A DNA stretch of 44,386 bases from positions 1 to 44,386 of the forward strand of contig NW_021835065.1 in NCBI RefSeq assembly GCF_006345805.1, given 5' to 3'. The notes beneath the pieces are model-generated. The model ran no database searches. It had not been told where the DNA came from and was given only the letters and a program-made list of their open reading frames with translations. Shown here one piece after another: positions 1 through 12,033 of the stretch. The stretch comes from Octopus sinensis (Eukaryota). Within the stretch, counting starts at the first letter, position 1; every line of letters begins with the position of its first letter. Both the position numbers and the translations under genes were made by a program.

Positions 1-147
1 AAGTTTATGGTAAAAACCGGACGGGACTCAGTTGGAATTCGTCTGAAAGTGCGTTTCGTTTTTCCTGCTGACGATAGGGATTGTGGGTAAATGGATTATG
101 TTATAGAACTAGTTTGGGATGACTGGTATGATTTACTGAAACATACC

Positions 148-930
148 AGTGGTGGTGGTGGTGATGTTGGTAGAAGAGGTTGTGATGGCGATGGTGAGGG
201 TGATGGTGATTGTGATGATGATTGTGGTGGTGATGGTGGTGATGATCGTGGCGGTAGCGGTGCTGTTGGTGGACGTAGTTGTCGTGGTAGTCGTAATGGT
301 GGGGATGGTGGTGATGTTGGATGCGGTGGCTGTGATGGTGATGACGATATTGTTTGCTATTGGTGGAGGTAGTTTATGCAGTGGTGGTGGTGGTGGTGAT
401 GGTGGGACGGTAGTGTTGATGATGGTGGTGGTGGTGGTGGTGGTGTAGTGGTGGATGTGGTGATGGTAGTGGTGGAGGTGGTGGTGGTAGTGGTGGAGGT
501 CGTCTAGGTAGTGGTGCTGATGGTAGTGGTGGAAGTGGTGCTGGTGCCGGCGGTGGTGGTGATGGTAGTGATGGTGATGGCGGGGGTGGTTTGTGGTAGT
601 CATAGTAGTTGTGGAGATGGATGGTGATGGTGATAGTAGTTGTGGTGGCGACGATGGTCATGATGGTCATCATAGTAATAACAGTGGTGTGATAGTGGTA
701 TGGTGATGGTGGTGGTGGTTTTGGTCATAGCAGTGACGGTTTGCGGAAAGTAATAATGAAGATGGTGGTAGTGGATATGGCGGTGATAGTGGTGATTGTC
801 ATCAGGATCACTATAGTGGTGGTGTTGATGCCTGTGGTAGCATTGGCTGTGTTTTTGATGTTGATATTGTTGGTGGTGGAAATTGTAGCGGTTGTAGTGT
901 TTATGGTGTCTGTGGTGTTGGGGTAGCGTT
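148..930. repeat. Degenerate (GGT/GAT/GTA)n trinucleotide low-complexity tract
   Basis: Runs of GGTGGT/GATGGT; the overlapping ORFs are poly-V/G/H/T artefacts. Confidence 0.9.
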
Positions 931-1627
931 AGTATTGTTAGTGCTCATTGCCGTGTTAAGTCCGGATACTGTGGCGGCATTCACAGAGATGACGTTGTTG
1001 TTCGTTGGTGCCAGTGGTTGCTGTGTTTCTGACGTTGCTGGTGGTTTTTATCGTGATGACGGTTGTAATGCTTGTAGTACTAGTGTTAGTTGCGGTGATT
1101 GCTCACGAAGCTGTATTGATATTAGTAGTGGTAATGTAAAAGGAATGTGTTATAGTGACCTGGTACTTGCGCTGCAGGTGAGGTTTGGTGATATATGTGC
1201 TGTTGGTATTATTAGTAGCCGAAGGCGGCGAGTTCACATCCTCTTATATGATCCAAAACTTTTGCGTAAACGTAATTCAACCATGTGATGGTGTGTATGC
1301 ATAATTAATTAATCAATTAATTCATGGTAGAGTCATCCTTCAAGCGTTTCTCAACAAAGCTCCAAAATTACAAGGATGCAAATCCTTAATTTATAAGCTA
1401 TGAATAATCACAGTATCAGGAATAGCTGTAAGCTAATGAGGTTCATAATATAATTGCTTATTTCCCTTGTCATCGCCGCTTCTTATATATATACATATAA
1501 ATGCCCCGATTTCAACGTGTGTGTCATTTTCTGAAGGTTTTTAAAGTGGTTGGACGATTTAGCGTCTATATATAATATATATAGTATAATATATATATAT
1601 ATTATATATATATTATATATATATGTT

Positions 1628-1830
1628 CGTGTGTGTGTGTGCGTGTTTGTGTGTTTGTCCCCCCCCCCGCCATTGCTTGAAAGCCGATGTTGGTATTTTT
1701 ACGTCCCCGAAAGCTAGCGGTCCGTCAAAAGAGACCGATTGAATAAGTATTAGGCTTTCAAAGAATAATGGATTTCTTCGACTATAGGTGGCCACAGTCA
1801 AATAACTGAAAAAGGTAAAAGAGGAAAAGA
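1628..1830 (+). mobile_element. SINE family A, diverged 3' half
   Basis: Matches the 3' half of the full copies (TTTGTCCCCC...ACGTCCCC...GAGACCGAT.GAATAAGTA...CAGTCAAATAACTGAAA). Confidence 0.8.
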
Positions 1831-2226
1831 ATGTCCCTGCCGTAAGGCTTTACTTCCACACACGCCAGCTTAATTTAATTCAATAGTCCAAAGAAACCCG
1901 TTGGTAATATCCAGTTCGTTGTGTACCATTTCTCTGTTTTTCATGTCCTTTATTTCGTATATATTCGCTGCTTTCTTTCAAGGAATCTAGTTCTCTTAGC
2001 TTAGTTTTTCCTTGGGACTGACCAGATTGGAGCAATCTCGAGTATAACCAGCGGAAATTGGAAAGATAATCTGGAACTCGACTGAGGAAAGAAAACTCCA
2101 AATGACCCGTCCTTGTTTTCTTTGCATAGTCTGATTGTTTTGCTGTCCCCTTTTTTTGTATCACCTAACTGTCTGAATGTTTTGCGCTCTTGTCCTATTT
2201 TTGTATTTTACACACACACACACACA

Positions 2227-2287
<61 letters not shown>

Positions 2288-3334
2288 GCACACGCAATCA
2301 CACAAATCCGCAGTTGCACACCTGGGGTCGTGCACTCGGCAAAAATTAGCAAATGTCAATATTATTACTTAACACCAAATCCTTCTCTCCTTCTCCTCGT
2401 CATCATCATCATCATCATCATAATCATCATGAACAACAACTAGAAAAAGCAACAGGTAAAAATAACAGCGTGACTATACACCAGCTCAATTGTATTGTTG
2501 GTCAGTGAAATATTGGAGAAGAGAATATTGTGTATACATTCGGTGGAGATATGAATGGAGTGTATAATATTGATTTGTTATACTGTGTTTTAAATACATA
2601 TCGATGCTAAATATTATCGGATAATAAAGAAGGTGAAACAAAAGTTGGGAAAGGAAAGGAAAGAAAAAATTTTTAGAAAGTGCAACAATGAAAATAAACA
2701 AAAAACACTGCAGAAAGAGGAGAAATATGCTCGAAATAAAAATAAAAATAAAGATGAAGAAAACGAATAACAAATAGTTACGCCTTTTCCATGTCCCAAA
2801 CAGAACAAATACTGCGATGAATAATGCAATCCCGTTAATGAAAAATGGAACCACCCCAACACGAAACTAGAGGCACCAGAGAAACAACGCTGTGGTGTTG
2901 TTTAGCCCTAGATCCAGTTGATTTATTATTGATAGTATCCCATGTTATGTAGCCATGACTTCATTAATCTATGTGGCTATTTTCATAGAACTGTAAAATG
3001 AGATTTGAAGGTGATTTAGTTACTGCTTCTAGCAGTTCGACTGACGATCTATAACAGGTTTGGTTGTATTATTGGTATCCTATCCACTGTTGAGTATTGA
3101 ATGGAAAGACCTGTTTATTTTTTTATGGTGGCACGGACTCTATTTCAATAACTGGTTCACTGTATTCGATGTTATAGAGTGTTATGTAACCGTTAAAATC
3201 GAATTGAACATCAATGATAAGGTATAAGTTAATTTTAAGGTCAAAGCGAATGTCATGCTGAAGATCAATGTAAAAACGAACGGAAGTGTCAAGATTTATG
3301 TCAGTGTCACTTGTGGAGGTCAATATCAAGATGA

Positions 3335-3715
3335 ACGTCAGTCTCAAGGAAAAAGATCGATGTCAACATGAAGGTCAAAGTCAAGATAAATATGGAAAGT
3401 CAAAGTCAAGATGAGCGTCAGTCGCAGGACAGAGATTAACGTCAAGATGAATGACAGTATTACTGAGAATGTCAACGTCAAGACGAACGTCAACGTCAAA
3501 ACAAACGTCAAGATGAACGTCAACGTCAAAACAAACGTCAACGTCAAGACGAATGTCAACGTCAAAACAAACGTCAACGTCAAGACGAATGCCAACGTCA
3601 AAACAAACGTCAAGGTCAAGATGGAGTTCAATGTCATAATGATCGCCAATGACAAGATAAATGTCGATTTTGCTGTGGAGGTCAATGCGAAATAAACGCT
3701 ACTGTCAAGATGAAG
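3335..3715. repeat. Hexamer-based minisatellite (AACGTC/AAGACG/AAAACA units)
   Basis: Repeated GTCAACGTCAAAACAAAC / GTCAAGACGAAC, decaying toward both ends. Confidence 0.85.
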
Positions 3716-4167
3716 GCCAGTGTCGATTCAGAATCTATATTATTCTTCGTCCATTTCTCCGACATGTTGGTTTCATAGTTATTCATATTTTCAAAGCTTT
3801 TGGATTTGTGAGGTTGTGTTGGAGCCTCTTTTAATATTTTTGTTGCTTTTCTGTTTTGTTGTAGTTGTAGTTGTTGCAGTTTTTAATATTCGTTTAATAC
3901 GCAAGCGCATACAAACACAAAACTACACGCACACGCTCATATACATATTCATATTTGCCCCAAATTTCAGGCCTTGTGCCTATAATAGAAAGGATATGTG
4001 TGTACGTAAATGTGTGTGTGTATGTGTGTGAGTGTGTGCTGAATTTGTGTATGTGCATGTGTATATATGTACACGTGGGCGTGTATGTGTGAGTGTGTGT
4101 ATGAGTGTATGTGTGTGCATTTGGGTGTGTATGCGTATAGATGTGTGTATATATGTATATGAATATG

Positions 4168-4278
4168 TATATGCATGGGCGACTGCTGGCCTTCCATAAA
4201 CAACCTTGTCCGGACTTGTGCCTGGGAGGGTAAGTTTCTAGGTGCAATCCCCTGGTCATTCGTGACCGAAAGGGATCT
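4168..4278 (+). mobile_element. 3' tail fragment of the SINE seen full length at 36262-36585
   Basis: TATGCATGGGCGACTGCTGG...AACAACCTTG.CCGGACTTGTG...TTTCTAGGTGCAATCCC.TGGTCATTC.TGACCGAA matches the reverse complement of about 36270-36380. Confidence 0.85.
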
Positions 4279-4292
4279 CCGAATTTTATGGC

Positions 4293-4692
4293 GGATGATG
4301 ATGACGACGACAACGACGACGACGATAACGATGATGATGACGATGATTGATGTTAATGAAGCAAGTGATGACGACGATCATGACGGTAATAGATGACGAT
4401 GACAACGACACCGACGGAAAAGACAGTGACAATGATGTCAGAAGATGATATTGATAATGATGATGATGACGATGACGATGACGATGATGACGACAGCGAA
4501 AGCTACGACAACGATGATATCGACGATGACATCGACGAAGCCGACGACGACGACAATGAGGATTACGATGATTGATGTTTATGATGATGATGACGGTGGA
4601 CGACGGTGAAGACAATGACGATGACAATGACGTCAGCGACGATCTTGATTATGGTAATGACGATGATATTGATGACAATGATGACGATGAGG

Positions 4693-4728
<36 letters not shown>

Positions 4729-5140
4729 GTGATGATGGTGATGATGATGGTGATGATGGTGATGATGATGATGATATGATGATGATGATGATGATGATGA
4801 TGGTGATGGTGATGATGATGGTGATGATGGTGATGATGATGATGATGGTGATGATGGTGATGATGGTGATGATGATGATGATATGATGATGATGATGATG
4901 ATGATGGTGATGGTGATGATGATGACGATGATGACGATGATGATGATGATGATGTGATGATGTGATGATGGTGATGATGATGATGATGATGATGATGATG
5001 TGATGGTGATGATGTGATGGTGGTGATGGTGATGATGATGGGGATGATGATGATGATGATGATGATGGCGGTGGTGATGATGATGATTATGATGATAATG
5101 ATGCTGCTGCTGCTGCTGGTGATTATGAGGATGATGATGT
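4293..5140. repeat. (GAT/GAC)n trinucleotide tract
   Basis: Long GATGATGAT run with GAC/GGT variants. Confidence 0.95.
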
Positions 5141-5646
5141 TTGTAGTGATAGATTTGTTGTGATGGTAGTCATCGGGATATTATGATACAACAGTTTTAT
5201 TTATTTATATATTTATTTATTCTTCTTTATTTTATTACTTTATTGAAATAATATTTCGGAAAGAGATTCCTGTTTCAATAATTGAAGTAGAAAAAAGACA
5301 CAAAAACAAACAAACAAACAAACAAATAGTCAAACAAATATGTAGACAATAATGAAGGGGACACATCGATTTTAACTACTATCTTTATAGGCAGGAGACA
5401 AAATACTGGAATTTTGATATTATGTAAATATTCTCCGCCATCAACGGCTGCAGGGTCCTGCTGTCTACATTCTGTCGTTATGTTTGCAAAGCTTAAAAGA
5501 GAAGTAAGACAGTATTTTTTGTTATCGGGCTCTGCATACACGAATATATTTATGTTATGTATATATTAGAGATATAAATATATATTTCGTAAATATAACG
5601 GGAATATTTCTCCGCGCAAGAATTTCTTTTTGCAAAGGATGTAGGT

Positions 5647-6130
5647 ATGATGTATGTATGTATGTATGTATGTATGTATGTATGTATGTATGTATGTATG
5701 TATGCATGCATGTATGTATGTATGTATGTGTATGTATGTAGGTATGTATGTATGTATGTATGTATGTATGTATGCAAGTATGTACGTATGAATACATGTA
5801 TGTATATACGTAGGTATGTATATATATTATATTATAGATATACAAATATTTATGTATATATGTGTATATACATATGTATATATGTATATACATAGGTGTA
5901 TATGTGTATGTATGTATATATATATATATGTGTGTGTGTGTAGACGTATATATAGATAAATATATTTATGCATATATGCATGTGTGAGTATATAGTATAT
6001 ATGCATATATATATATGTATATATATATATACATACATATATATATATATATGTATATATATATATGTATATATATGTATATGTATGTATGTGTGTATGT
6101 ATGTATGTATGTATGTATGTATGTATGTAT
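5647..6130. repeat. (TATG)n/(TA)n microsatellite complex
   Basis: Direct reading. Confidence 0.95.
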
Positions 6131-6522
6131 ACAGTAAACACGCTACACATACAAGCGTTTTTTAATCCTTCTGCCGAGAGGAAATGTATCTGTACACAAT
6201 TCAAGCAGAAATACCGGATGATGCTTTTAAAGAAGAATTAAGGACGCGTCAATGTAATAGATAACATAGTTTTGCCAACAAAGGCTCCCGTTACATAATA
6301 CGCATGTATTGCATAAGAAACGTTGTAACGAGTTAATGTTAGACAATACTGGTATGTACTCCGATTTTCAGACAGTAAATTTGTGATATTTATAATCGTC
6401 TTTCTACTTAGCTATTAACCTTGATATCGCTCAAAACATACACAGAGTAAGACAGAGGGGAAGGGAGAGAGGGGGCAGAGACAGACAGACCAACAGACAG
6501 ACCGATTGACAGATAGAAAGAG

Positions 6523-6524
<2 letters not shown>

Positions 6525-6569
<45 letters not shown>

Positions 6570-6657
6570 CAGAGAGGGAGATACAGAGGAATACACACAC
6601 ATACATATATATGTATATACATACGTCTATATATATTTCTTGCTGTATATCCGTTCC

Positions 6658-6723
<66 letters not shown>

Positions 6724-6896
6724 CATCCATCCATCCATCTATCTATACACGATCCCTATTGATCGCCTTTTTCCCTTTTTACGATCCCTTTTGAGTGAAA
6801 ACCTACCCCACATTTTTTCTCCCCAAAAAGAAAAGCTCTACTTTGTAATTTATCCCGTCTGTGTTCCGCCCTGTGTGGCTAATAAAGAAACGTATG

Positions 6897-6979
<83 letters not shown>

Positions 6980-6980
6980 T
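6525..6980. repeat. (GA)n plus two (TCTA)n microsatellites
   Basis: Direct reading; explains the 326-aa SIYL ORF. Confidence 0.9.
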
Positions 6981-7328
6981 TGTCTGTCTATATGTGTGTA
7001 TGTGTCTATGCATGTATGTGTCTATGCATGTATGTGTGTATGTTTGTATATAAGTATATGTATGTATTCGTTATTAACGAGGGAACAAGTATTTGGCCAA
7101 ATTGGGCACAAAATTTTGTATACCATTCCGCAGTGCAGGATTTCAATATTATATCTGCGTTAATTATGATATACAGAATGCTAATGCTCACACATATGTC
7201 TATACATATGCACACGCCCTTATATATATGTATGTATGTATGTATACACCTGCTTGTTGTTTATACACCTGTCTTTTCTTTTTCTGTCAATCTCAAATAT
7301 ATATTACATACATACATACATGCATATA

Positions 7329-7384
<56 letters not shown>

Positions 7385-7495
7385 ATACATAATATATATA
7401 ACGGGAAGCTTTATGAAAATAACAAAAGACGAAGGCAGGTTGAATACAAACAAACAATTGTATTAGTATGGCGCTCAGGAATATAAATAAAACAA

Positions 7496-7533
7496 GTTTT
7501 TACGTTTCGAGCCTACGCTCTTCAACAGAAAGA
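7496..7533 (-). ncRNA. Degenerate minimal hammerhead-like motif
   Basis: Minus strand TCTTT CTGTTGA A GAGC-GTAG-GCTC GAAA CG TA AAAAC; core A6 reads U and stem I is only 3 bp. Confidence 0.35.
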
Positions 7534-7669
7534 TACACAGAAAAGAAACACGGAGAGAAACAAGGAGAGAGAAAAATGCGTGCAGAAGCTAGCGAATCAA
7601 CATGGCGATCTGATTCCGGCCATATATATATATATGTGTGTGTATATATATATATATATATATACACCC

Positions 7670-7885
7670 TTTTACTCTCTTTTACTTGTTTCAGTGATTT
7701 GACTGCGGCCATGCTGGAGCAACGCCTTTAATCGAGCAAATCAACCCCAGGACTTATTCTTTGTAAACCTAGTACTTATTCCATTGGTATCTTTTGCCGA
7801 ACCGCTAGGTTACGGGGACGTAAACATATCACCATCGGTTCTCAAGCGATGTTGTGGGGTGGGACAAACACAGACACGCAAACAT
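7670..7885 (-). mobile_element. SINE family A, 3' half
   Basis: Near-identical to the 3' half of the adjacent full copy. Confidence 0.9.
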
Positions 7886-7912
7886 ATACACACAACACAT
7901 ACATACTCTCTC

Positions 7913-8330
7913 TCTTTACTCTTTACTCTTTTACTTGTTTCAGTCATTTGACTGCGGCCATGCTGGAGCACCGCCTTTAGTCGATCAAATCGACCCCGGG
8001 ACTTATTCTTTGTAAGCCCAGTACTTATTCTATCGGTCTCTTTTGCCGAACCGCTAAGTGACGGGGACGTAAACACACCAGCATCGGTTGTCAAGCAATG
8101 CTAGGGGGACAAACATAGACACATAACCCCCCCCACACACACACACATATATATATATACATATATACGACAGGCTTCTTTCAGTTTCCGTCTACCAAAT
8201 CCACTCACAAGGCTTTGGTCGGCCCGGGGCTATAGCAGAAGACACTTGCCCAGCATGCCACGCAGTGGGACTGAACCCGGAACCATGTGGTTGGTAAACA
8301 AGCTACTTACCACACAGCCACTCCTGCGCC
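7913..8330 (-). mobile_element. tRNA-derived SINE family A, full length
   Basis: Head GGCGCAGGAGTGGCTGTGTGG (box A)...GGTTCAGTCCC (box B), TGGGCAAGTGTCTT CORE-like motif, internal (TA)n(TG)n, tail ending in (GAGTAAAA)n. Confidence 0.92.
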
Positions 8331-8419
8331 TATATGTATATATATATATACATGTATATATATATATATATAATATACATGTATATATATATATACATGT
8401 ATATATATATATACATATA

Positions 8420-8553
8420 TACGACGGGCTTCTTTTAATTTCCGTCTACCAAATCCACTAACAAGTGTTTGGTCGGCTCGAGGCTATATTAGAAGACAGT
8501 GGGAATGAACCCGCAACCATGTGGTTGGTAAGCAATCTACTTACCACACAGCC
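8420..8553 (-). mobile_element. SINE family A, 5' part with internal deletion
   Basis: Similarity to 8165-8330. Confidence 0.8.
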
Positions 8554-8604
8554 AATATATATATATAATATATATTTATTAATATATATATATATTATAT
8601 ATTA

Positions 8605-8637
<33 letters not shown>

Positions 8638-8913
8638 TATATATATATTATATATATATATTATATATATATGCATATTATATATACACACACATATATA
8701 TATATACATATATACATATACATATACATATATATATAATATACATATATATACATATATATACATATAATACATATATATTCATATACATATACATATA
8801 TATACGTATATATACATACATATATATATATATATTATATATATATAATATATATATATATATTATATATATATATATATATATAGGAAAAAAGCAACAA
8901 GAATGGATTAAAA

Positions 8914-9001
8914 TCTCGGTACGATCGTTTCGTACGAGGACATCTTTAATAAGCTACAAAAAATGCAGTGAATACAGATGGCTCGTACTCGTCAGCCGAA
9001 A
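8914..9001 (-). ncRNA. Type I hammerhead ribozyme (left-arm copy)
   Basis: Reverse complement of the motif at 9601-9688, with all core nucleotides intact. Confidence 0.85.
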
Positions 9002-9600
9002 AAATATCAGAGAAATCCCAAACATCAAAAGGGGTAGATATAAAAGAGGTTGTAGGATTAACTGCATTGAAGCAAGTTCGATTCATGGAGATCCGATGAA
9101 AGGTTTTAAACCTATAGAATTTGTGCATGTCTACATATAGTTCATATTGGATATTTGATCAAGTTATATGAAGAAAATTTTCGGATACAGTCATGCAAAA
9201 TTTCTGAAAATCCGAGTGAGAGGCAAAGTGACTGCCACATCATGTAGAGGAAAGTCTGAGTAAAAACATAGTGACTGTCATGTCGTGTAGAAGAATGTTA
9301 TTGTTATTCTTCTACACGATATGACAGTCATTTTGCTTTTACTCAGACTTTCCTCTACATGATGTGGCAGTCACTTTGCCTCTCACTCGGATTTTCAGAA
9401 ATTTTGCATGACTGTATCCGAAAATTTTCTTCATATAACTTGATCAAATATCCAATATGAACTATATGTAGACATGCACAAATTCTGTAAGTTTAAAACC
9501 TTTCATCAGATCTCCATGAATCGAACTTTCTTCAATGCAGTTAATCCTACAACCTCTTTTATATCTACCCCTTTTGATGTTTGGGAATTCTCTGATATTT

Positions 9601-9688
9601 TTTCGGCTGACGAGTACGAGCCATCTGTATTCACTGCATTTTTTGTAGCTTATTAAAGATGTCCTCGTACGAAACGATCGTACCGAGA
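9601..9688 (+). ncRNA. Type I hammerhead ribozyme
   Basis: Stem I TTTCGG/CCGAGA; CTGACGA 9607-9613; stem II GTACGAG/CTCGTAC, extended by CATCT/AGATG; GAAA 9671-9674; palindromic stem III ACGATCGT; GUA cleavage after 9682. Confidence 0.88.
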
Positions 9689-9851
9689 TTTTAATCCATC
9701 TTGTTGCTTTTTTCCTATTTATAATCACCCCACTTGTCGTATGGCTACCCCATATAGATATCCGGTGCATCCTGGTTAAGGACCATATTCATGTGAATTC
9801 TTTAGAATTCACTAGAATCTCAACTTACTTAACGTAATATTATATATATTA

Positions 9852-9882
<31 letters not shown>

Positions 9883-10507
9883 ATATGTATGTATGTATGT
9901 AGTATACACGGAATGGCAACCCATCCGGCATCTCACATAGCCATATAACATTTGGGAACACGATTCGACGACAGCGTATTAATACGATAAGAAATGAAAT
10001 AAAAACCTTAGTTGCTCTCTTTATGTATAGTCATAATTTCTATGTTTGTCACATTACGAAATATTATGATAGTAATATCTGAGCTCATATACTTAATTTG
10101 GTGATCCAAGAGACCTAAACGATAATAACCAGTACTAAATATTATGGACAATACTAACCGTTATCGACTCTCAATGGTCATTCCACCTATTAAATCAATT
10201 TTACTGCCGTCACTACAAATGACTACCGTTGTCAGCATTAAGCGTTAAACTCACCAATAGTGTCTAGTATAGCTACTAATACTAAGCTAGTAATACTAAT
10301 ACTAATACTAATACGAAAGTTATAAATATTCTTTCTAAAGGAATCTAGAATAGCAGAATATATTTTGCAGTACAGATCCGTTATATATACATACATAGAC
10401 AAACACACATACACACACACATAGACACACACAAAACATATATCTGTATATATATAGAGATATATGTATATATATATATAGAGTTTGTATGTATATATAT
10501 ATATAGA

Positions 10508-11173
10508 GTTTGGCATGTATGTATAATGCCGTCTGGCATGTATGTATAATGCCCTCTATATATAAATTAATATGTTCAATAAGAAATAATTATTTTCGAA
10601 ATTTTTTCTCTTATGAGGTTTTTACGCTATCTACCTGACAATTTCTTGTTAAGTTTTCCTTATTAAGTAGTTGTCCTTATTGCTAAATTTTTATTCCGAA
10701 AAAACTTTTCCTCTCCCGAAATGCAATTCGTAAAAGTTTGCCATTCACCCGGATGTAATATATATAAACTCACCCATGTGCTTCGTTGATGTTGATCAGT
10801 TAGCTGATCGGCTTAAGCGGGGGGCAGGGTCGTTGTATTTATAATACATTCAGGCCTGCTGATGATTACGTAAGTATGAAATCACTGTGATACAGGTCTA
10901 TATTTTTAATGTCTTACTTTGAAAAAATTGCATTCGGTGGGATTAGTAATATTTTGGGTAGAAATGACTGATTGTCCCTCTTAGCGTTTGGCATGTATGT
11001 ATATGCCGTCTGGCATGTATGTATAATGCCTCATCTATATATAATTAATATGTTCAATAAGAAATAATTATTTTCGAAATTTTTTCTCTTATGAGGTTTT
11101 TACGCTATCTACCTGACAATTTCTTGTTAAGTTTTCCTTATTAAGTAGTTGTCCTTAATTGCTAAATTTTTAT
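10508..11173 (+). mobile_element. 1.4-mer tandem of a 478-bp HHR-containing unit (retrozyme/PLE-like)
   Basis: Direct repeat 10508-10694 = 10986-11173; HHR lies in the single-copy middle; flanked by (TA)n. Confidence 0.75.
10852..10899 (+). ncRNA. Type I hammerhead ribozyme
   Basis: Stem I AGGCCTG/CAGGTCT; CTGATGA 10859-10865; stem II TTAC-GTAA-GTAT (first pair U.U); GAAA 10878-10881; stem III ATCAC-T-GTGAT; AUA cleavage after 10892. Confidence 0.8.
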
Positions 11174-11564
11174 ATATATATACATATATAGTATATTACA
11201 TCATAAACATATATACATGTATAAATATTGTATATATATATACACACACATATATTATATATATATATATACATGCATATACATACATATATATATATAT
11301 ATATAATATATATATATACATATATAGTATATTACATTATATAACATACATATACATGTATAAATATATATATATGCATATATATTTATATATATACATA
11401 TTCATATATATATGTATACATATATATATATACATATACATGTATACATATATATATATACATGTATAAATATGTATATATATATATACATATACATACA
11501 TACATACATATATATATATATATGTATATATAATGTAGATATGTGTGTACGTATATGTGTGTGC

Positions 11565-11715
11565 GCATGTGATGGAATCTCCCGCCGAATCTGACGTCCA
11601 GTGCTCAGCTTTTTGCCAAACGATCTGCACAAAGGATCCGTTTATAGTGATCAAATGCTCACTCAATCAAACGGACGTTGCCTGCACAGTTGCACTTGTG
11701 TGTCACACGTCATAT
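11565..11715 (-). mobile_element. Diverged 3' part of the CORE-like SINE seen at 29891-30196
   Basis: Shared TGCA.CTGT.CAGGCAACGTC...GAGTGAGC...ATTTGA.C.CTATAAA...TTTGTGCAG and GGGAG..TCCATCA end. Confidence 0.55.
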
Positions 11716-12032
11716 GCCGACGCAGAGTTGCAGAAAATTTATGGTGAGGAGTGTATGAGCCGCAAACGAGTGTACGAGTGGTTCAGAATTTTCCAAGATG
11801 GTCGAAAAAATGTCGACATTGACAAGCGTTCTGGAGCACCCACTGCGAAAGATATCGCAGATGTGGGTTCAGCTGTGAGGGGAAACGGTCGAATCACCAT
11901 TCGTGAGTTCTACTGGAGATTTGAGTATGAGACGGTGTGTCTACCAGGCTTGCGCCAAAACTGCTTTCAGCTGACCAAAAAGACACTTGTGTTTCAGCAG
12001 CACAACATCTCCTTGATTGTGTCGAGAACAAT
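11716..12032 (+). mobile_element. Mariner transposase pseudogene fragment (HTH region)
   Basis: AELQKIYGEECMSRKRVYEWFRIFQDGRKNVDIDKRSGAP...VRGNGRITIRE matches the mariner N-terminal HTH and linker; frameshifted downstream. Confidence 0.85.
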
Positions 12033-12033
12033 A

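Larger units (their letters stand above)
8883..9718. repeat. Near-perfect long inverted repeat (about 414-bp arms, 9-nt loop); probable Penelope-like/retrozyme terminal sequence
   Basis: 8883-9296 is the reverse complement of 9306-9718 with scattered substitutions; loop GTTATTGTT; embedded in (TA)n. Confidence 0.95.

Noticed and set aside
91-1288. Gly/His/Val/Thr/Pro-rich ORFs
   Set aside because: Products of a GGT/GAT trinucleotide tract that is open in most frames; no domain or splice support
4393-4886. Poly-Asp / poly-Met ORFs resembling acidic biomineralisation proteins
   Set aside because: Pure (GAT)n tract with frame slips, and no signal peptide or exon boundaries
5391-5503. Possible exon (TTTATAG|...|GTAAGA) with one open frame
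   Set aside because: Peptide RRQNTGILILCKYSPPSTAAGSCC... is unrecognisable; splice-like motifs alone are insufficient without RNA-seq
6506-7486. Longest ORF in the track (326 aa)
   Set aside because: Read-through of (GA)n, (TCTA)n, (TATG)n and (TA)n microsatellites
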